A stretch of 64,000 nt of DNA from Minisyncoccia bacterium (GTDB lineage: Bacteria; Patescibacteriota; Minisyncoccia; Phycocordibacterales; JAKFXT01), in the NCBI GenBank assembly GCA_041485465.1, contig JBGPJO010000004.1:1-64000 (forward strand), in the 5' to 3' direction. The translations under genes were made by a program, and so were the position numbers. Positions 59,182 to 64,000 of this stretch are shown here, in pieces. Position 1 is the stretch's first letter. The number at the start of each line of letters is the position of its first letter. The notes beneath the pieces are model-generated. The model was not told the DNA's origin and did no database searches. It saw only the letters and a list, made by a program, of their open reading frames with translations.

Positions 59182-60132
59182 TTATTTTAGGTACTGCAAC
59201 TTATTTTGAACGTGTTCGGCAAGCGTTTGGGCATAGTGAAAATTACCATCCCTATCGGAGAGATAATAAAAATAAGGGGTTTTAATCGGCGTCACTGCCG
59301 CTTCAATAGCCTGAAGACCGGGATTACCGATCGGAGTGGGCGGAAAACCGGGATTGCGGTAGGTGTTATAGGGAGAATTTATTTTTAGGTCATTAGCGGT
59401 AATCGTTGTCGTCCCGGTAACGTATGAAAATGCGGCGTCAACTTGAAGCGGCATGCCGATTGAGAGTCTTTTCCAGAGAATGCCTGCGATAATTTGTCTG
59501 TCTTCCGTAGTTCTCGCCTCATCTTCGAGGATGGATGCCATCGTGATAACGTCTTTTTCTTTTTTACCAAAAAGGTCAATGACTTTCTGAACCGTTCTGA
59601 TACGTGTCTCAAAATTTTTCTCCATCGCGGAAACAACTTCAGAAGCTTCCGCCCCGGGAAGAAAATAATACGTATCGGGGAAAAGATATCCTTCTTTCCC
59701 CTTGCCAAGGGCGAGGAATTCCTCTTCTTTGCAGCCGACAAGGAGCTTAGAGCACTCGGCCGCCATCTCTTTGACGGTCATACCCTCGGGAAAAGTGAGA
59801 CGGATGAAATCAACATTATAATCCCCTTTCGTCGTGCGGAATGCGATAGAAAAAACGCCAACCGGCCGGTCAAAAAGATAGGGGCCGGCAATAATTTTTT
59901 CGTGCGAAAGAAGATTGGCAAGGATAGAAAAGAATGTGGGTGAAAGTATGATGTGATCAGCATAGAGAAGTTTTGCCGACTGATCAACAGTAAGCCCTTT
60001 CGGAATAATTATCATCTGACCCTTGGGAAAATCAAGGGGTGGACGCAGAAACAGAAGATAGAGAAGAAGAAAGAACGATATACCGAAAGACCAAAGAATG
60101 CGAGAGCGTGATTCTCTTGAAATGGTTGGCAT
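59182..60132 (-). CDS. mltG: endolytic transglycosylase MltG
   Basis: PEG, EGYLFPDTY, ASILEDE, LQVDA, SPYNTY...G.PPTPI.NPG. Confidence 0.95.
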   Translation of the reverse strand: MPTISRESRSRILWSFGISFFLLLYLLFLRPPLDFPKGQMIIIPKGLTVDQSAKLLYADHIILSPTFFSILANLLSHEKIIAGPYLFDRPVGVFSIAFRTTKGDYNVDFIRLTFPEGMTVKEMAAECSKLLVGCKEEEFLALGKGKEGYLFPDTYYFLPGAEASEVVSAMEKNFETRIRTVQKVIDLFGKKEKDVITMASILEDEARTTEDRQIIAGILWKRLSIGMPLQVDAAFSYVTGTTTITANDLKINSPYNTYRNPGFPPTPIGNPGLQAIEAAVTPIKTPYFYYLSDRDGNFHYAQTLAEHVQNKLQYLK

Positions 60133-60134
60133 TC

Positions 60135-61391
60135 CTATTGCGGCAGATTAATGGGGGCTTCAGATTTTTTAGACATAACGCGGGAAACGGACGGGGCCTG
60201 GAGTACGCCCCCCGGAAAATGAAAAACAGTGGCAAGTTCTTCGGAACTCAAGATAAATGGCTTTCGCTTGTACGGACCGTGGAACCAACTCCGTAATCGG
60301 TAGGCCCGGATCACTTCACGGCGTCTGTGGTTAAGACGAATACCTCTAAAGTCTTGCCAGGGAAAATCGAAGGTCGTGCCCCACCGCCATGTAAAAGAAT
60401 TCAAATTTTGGGTAGTAAATGGTCGGAGGATATTTATAAACTGGGGAATTCGGCTCCCGACAAATACTTCCGGTGGCGCCGTATAAATTGCCCTAATACC
60501 ACAATCGAAATTGAGTTTGCCCGTCGCCCGATCAATTGCCGCGAACATTTCAGATTCTGCCTTAGTCGGAAACCGGCTAAAACTGAAGCCTTCTTCTGAG
60601 GCCGACGGGTTTTTTTCTCGAAGTTCCTCAAGAAGTTTTTTAATCAATTCCTGACCCTCTTTGCGAACATCTGTTTTTTGATACAATGTTCCTTCTTTTG
60701 CTTTAGCGCGATGGGCCTGGATAAGAATCTGAATCCACATCTGTTCCCCTTTTTTAAGAGTCGCGAGAAACTCAAGCACTGCGGTCAAGGGATCAACTTT
60801 GAATTCCTCCTTGGGGTCCTTATCGAGACCATAGTCGACGTACGTCTTTATGGGATAGGGGTCGGGTTTAGCAAGCTTATATTCATGTCCCCAGAGAGCG
60901 ACTTTGCCTATTTCAAAATGCGGCACGGTCTCCGTGTAATCGGGAACTTCGAATATTTCAATGTTCGGATACTGCCCATAGAGTTGCGCCTCAATAAGGT
61001 TCCGGTACGTCTCACGCGCCCAAATGTAGAAATGAATATTACCGCCAATCGATACTATTTCAAGAGAAAACCATGCCCGCACTTGCCCTTTAATGTATTT
61101 TGCGAACCAGGTATTTTCTCCCGACGTGGCAAAAAAGCCGGCAAGGGCAAGTTCCATGGCAAGCGGCGATTTATATACTTCGAGCGGAAGCCTGATTTCA
61201 AGTAGCACATATTTTTGCTTATTGATAAATTTCGCCCGTATATAATTAATCCAAGCGAGGTAGAAGCCAAAGGCAAGAAGCGGCGGCCCCCAGAAAGGGA
61301 AAAGATCGTAGAGAATCCTCATCCCGGCAAGAAACTGGTCACTTAAAAAAACAGAAAAAAGTTCGCGTAGATAATTTCCAAGGAAATCCAT
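60135..61391 (-). CDS. conserved hypothetical membrane protein
   Basis: N-terminal TM; LLEIRLP, FSLEIVS, QYP, YPIKTY, EELATVFHFP motifs. Confidence 0.75.
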   Translation of the reverse strand: MDFLGNYLRELFSVFLSDQFLAGMRILYDLFPFWGPPLLAFGFYLAWINYIRAKFINKQKYVLLEIRLPLEVYKSPLAMELALAGFFATSGENTWFAKYIKGQVRAWFSLEIVSIGGNIHFYIWARETYRNLIEAQLYGQYPNIEIFEVPDYTETVPHFEIGKVALWGHEYKLAKPDPYPIKTYVDYGLDKDPKEEFKVDPLTAVLEFLATLKKGEQMWIQILIQAHRAKAKEGTLYQKTDVRKEGQELIKKLLEELREKNPSASEEGFSFSRFPTKAESEMFAAIDRATGKLNFDCGIRAIYTAPPEVFVGSRIPQFINILRPFTTQNLNSFTWRWGTTFDFPWQDFRGIRLNHRRREVIRAYRLRSWFHGPYKRKPFILSSEELATVFHFPGGVLQAPSVSRVMSKKSEAPINLPQ

Positions 61392-61405
61392 TGTCTTATT
61401 GTATA

Positions 61406-61439
61406 GTAAAAAGCGCGCTCTGAGGAGCGCGCTTTTTAC
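61406..61439. terminator. intrinsic terminator
   Basis: GTAAAAAGCGCGCTC-tgag-GAGCGCGCTTTTTAC. Confidence 0.8.
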
Positions 61440-61453
61440 GGGAAAAATTTTAG

Positions 61454-62494
61454 TTACTGTTCGATAAGCGAGTATTTGCCGTCCTTCGCTTTCTTGAATA
61501 TCTTCTGGTTCTGAAGATTAACGACAATCGTGTTCTCCTTGACGTATCGCTCTTTGAGGACCTTTTCAATAATTTCGTCTTTAGTAAGTGGTCCGTGACG
61601 CTTTAAAATATCACGAATGACGTCTTTAACCACGCCTTGTGAATAGCCCCACTCTTTAAGCGCGTACAAACCTCTTCCGACAAGCACGAAGCGCGGATCT
61701 TTAATGAGTTCGTTGTGGCAGGTTGCGACATGCGCGGTCCGATCAAAAAGCTTTTGGATTGCCTTTGCAACTTCGGTGAAGTGCATCGGAGAGCCGTGAC
61801 GGCGGATGGCAAGGTAGGCATAATCGCGCATGCCTTTGGCTTTCACGTTCGGTGAGCGTGATACTCCCCACTCGCCAAGCGGGTTTCTACCTATTTTTTT
61901 TGAAAGGGCGAGCCAACGCCGTACAACCTCGTCGTTTTTATATTTTTCGGAAACATCCTTGATAGTTTCAAGAAAGGTGGCTATCATTTCCGATTCAGGA
62001 ATTAAATCATCGTCCGAGAGATTATCGTAAATTTTCTTAATTGAGCCTTCGACTTTACCTAAGACCTCATCGCTTACGTACCAGCGGTGGTGGAAATCAG
62101 GATCCTCTTTGCGCTTTTTAAAAGAGTCCCCAAGTACCAGAAGAAAATGAATATGGTTTTGGACGCTCTCATCATCGGATACATAGCGGAGAAAATCTTC
62201 TTCGTGAACGACGCCCCCGAGGGAATCAATTAATTTTTCCAGCTCCTCGCGGGCTGAAAGCTCTTTTTTATATACATCGGATTTCCGGATGACACCAAAA
62301 GCGTAATTTTCAATCTGGCGAACGCGCTCGCGTGTTATTTTATAAGTCTTACCGATTGACTCCAGGGTCATCGGTTCGGCTTTTTCCCCCAAGCCATACC
62401 GGCTCTCAACAATGTCGCGAGCCCTGTCCGGTAAAGCGGTGAGGAGTCGTTTGATAACCGCCTTCGGTTTGAAATTAACCTTAGTAGAAAGCAT
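61454..62494 (-). CDS. sigma70 region-4 HTH plus HARE-HTH (RpoE/delta-like) protein
   Basis: RYGL...TLESIG....ITRERVRQIE; PMHFTEV, HNELI...RFVLVGRGLYAL. Confidence 0.8.
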   Translation of the reverse strand: MLSTKVNFKPKAVIKRLLTALPDRARDIVESRYGLGEKAEPMTLESIGKTYKITRERVRQIENYAFGVIRKSDVYKKELSAREELEKLIDSLGGVVHEEDFLRYVSDDESVQNHIHFLLVLGDSFKKRKEDPDFHHRWYVSDEVLGKVEGSIKKIYDNLSDDDLIPESEMIATFLETIKDVSEKYKNDEVVRRWLALSKKIGRNPLGEWGVSRSPNVKAKGMRDYAYLAIRRHGSPMHFTEVAKAIQKLFDRTAHVATCHNELIKDPRFVLVGRGLYALKEWGYSQGVVKDVIRDILKRHGPLTKDEIIEKVLKERYVKENTIVVNLQNQKIFKKAKDGKYSLIEQ

Positions 62495-62588
62495 GAATTA
62501 GTATGCAAAATGCATGGTATAGTTTTTACCATTGACACAAAAATAAGTCAAGTCAAGCGATTTTGCCTGAGAAAAATTAAAAAATCAG

Positions 62589-64000
62589 CTACATGACAAT
62601 GTTGACGATTTTGCCCTTAACGTAGACGATGCGTTTGATTGTTTTTCCAAAGACAATGCGAAGAATATTTGGATGGGCGAGCGCAACGCCCTGTGCCTCA
62701 TCATCATCAAGGTCGCGACTGATTGAGACGGTAGCTTTTAGTTTGCCGTTCACCTGAACCGCTATTGAAACGCTTTCCGAGAGCAATTTTTTAGGGTCCC
62801 ACTGAGGCCAGGGCTCAAGATGGATCGATGACTTTTCTCCAAGCATATTCCAGAGCTCTTCGGTGATATGCGGCGCAACCGGCGCAAGAAGACGCAGATA
62901 GGTGGCGTAGTTCATCCTAGAAATTTTTTCCTCTTTTTCAAAGGCGTTTAAAAGTATCATCAGTTGGGAAAGAACCGTGTTCATTTTAAGCTCTTCGATA
63001 TCTTCGGTTACTTTCTTGATCGTTTGGTGAAAAAGGGATTCAAGAGCGGAATTCACAACCTGTTTTTTATGTTCCTTTCCTTTTTCCACCTTCTCAATCA
63101 GCTTAAAGACGCGCTCAAGATAGCGGCGTGATCCGGCAACAGCATCGGTATTCCACACAATTGCCTGATCAAACGGCCCCATGAACATTTCATAATGACG
63201 AAGGGTATCTGCCCCCAAGAGTTTAACGATCGAATCTGGATTGACAATATTTCCTTTTGATTTCGACATTTTCACTCCGCCTTTGGCTAAAATAAGCCCG
63301 TGAGAGGTGCGTTTTTTATAGGGTTCTTTCCCGGGCACCAGTTTCAAATCATAAAGAAACTTGTACCAAAAACGTGAGTACAGAAGATGGAGCGTGACAT
63401 GTTCCATGCCGCCGTTATACCAATCAACCGGTATCCAGTACTTGAGCGCCTGTTTCCCGGCGAAAGTTTTTTTATTTTTTGGATCAGCGTAGCGAAGAAA
63501 ATACCAGGAAGAACCGGCCCAGTTCGGCATGACGTCGGTTTCGCGCTTCGCTTTCTCTCCGCAATTCGGGCACGTAACATTGACCCAGGAAGAAATGGCG
63601 GCAAGCGGTGATTCCCCTGTGCTATTCGGCTTGTAACTTTTGACATTTGGAAGCATTACCGGAAGATCTTTTTCGGGAACGGGCACCATGCCACACTTTT
63701 TGCAATGAATGATCGGGATCGGCTCTCCCCAGTAACGCTGCCGGGAAAACACCCAGTCGCGAAGTTTGAATGTGGTCTTTGATCTCCCTCCGACAAATTT
63801 GGTGATTTCTTTTTTCGCCTCCCCACTATCAACACCATCGAATTTCCCCGAGTTCGTGAGTATTCCCTCGCCACGGTAAGAGCCTTGTGAACCATTGAGG
63901 AGGCGAAGCGAGTGTTTGTGGGTATCCGGGGTCAGAAATTTCTCTAGTTCCGCCTCTCTCAACCACAACACCTCGTGCCTCTTTTGCTCTTCTTCAGCGA
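62589..64000 (-). CDS. leuS: leucine--tRNA ligase (5'-truncated by the window edge)
   Basis: LRDWVFSRQRYWGEPIP, GGMEH..LHLLY, KMSKS, VQVNGK; the frame stays open to the window end. Confidence 0.97.
   Translation of the reverse strand, partial: AEEEQKRHEVLWLREAELEKFLTPDTHKHSLRLLNGSQGSYRGEGILTNSGKFDGVDSGEAKKEITKFVGGRSKTTFKLRDWVFSRQRYWGEPIPIIHCKKCGMVPVPEKDLPVMLPNVKSYKPNSTGESPLAAISSWVNVTCPNCGEKAKRETDVMPNWAGSSWYFLRYADPKNKKTFAGKQALKYWIPVDWYNGGMEHVTLHLLYSRFWYKFLYDLKLVPGKEPYKKRTSHGLILAKGGVKMSKSKGNIVNPDSIVKLLGADTLRHYEMFMGPFDQAIVWNTDAVAGSRRYLERVFKLIEKVEKGKEHKKQVVNSALESLFHQTIKKVTEDIEELKMNTVLSQLMILLNAFEKEEKISRMNYATYLRLLAPVAPHITEELWNMLGEKSSIHLEPWPQWDPKKLLSESVSIAVQVNGKLKATVSISRDLDDDEAQGVALAHPNILRIVFGKTIKRIVYVKGKIVNIVM

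Overview
Bacterial chromosomal segment that looks like Patescibacteria/CPR (Parcubacteria-like). This is inferred from the short AlaS, the compact non-discriminating-type AspS, the FtsA-like plus membrane-partner pair, the sigma-r4/HARE-HTH protein and the scarcity of Shine-Dalgarno sites. Most of the window is housekeeping: two tRNAs (Glu-CTC, Pro-GGG), six aminoacyl-tRNA synthetases, the infA-rpmJ-rpsMKD-rpoA-rplQ-rplM-rpsI cluster, grpE-dnaK-dnaJ, mraY-ftsW-murG, scpA/scpB, dnaB-recR and DNA repair genes. The most interesting accessory signals are: (1) an acyltransferase / acyl-reductase / methyltransferase / 7TM histidine-kinase cluster that could be a lipid-signal synthase plus receptor; (2) an orphan DGR-target-like gene with a structured leader and a 3' hairpin; (3) an 11-6-11 dif-like palindrome beside an AT-rich HEPN/HNH/Cas2-like islet; (4) a small GIY-YIG gene associated with dispersed REP-like stem-loops; (5) a covarying palindrome over two consensus promoters; (6) a lytic-transglycosylase-like gene with no canonical start codon; (7) pyrE-pyrF next to tRNA-Pro. 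All calls come from reading the sequence and recalling motifs. No database searches were run.
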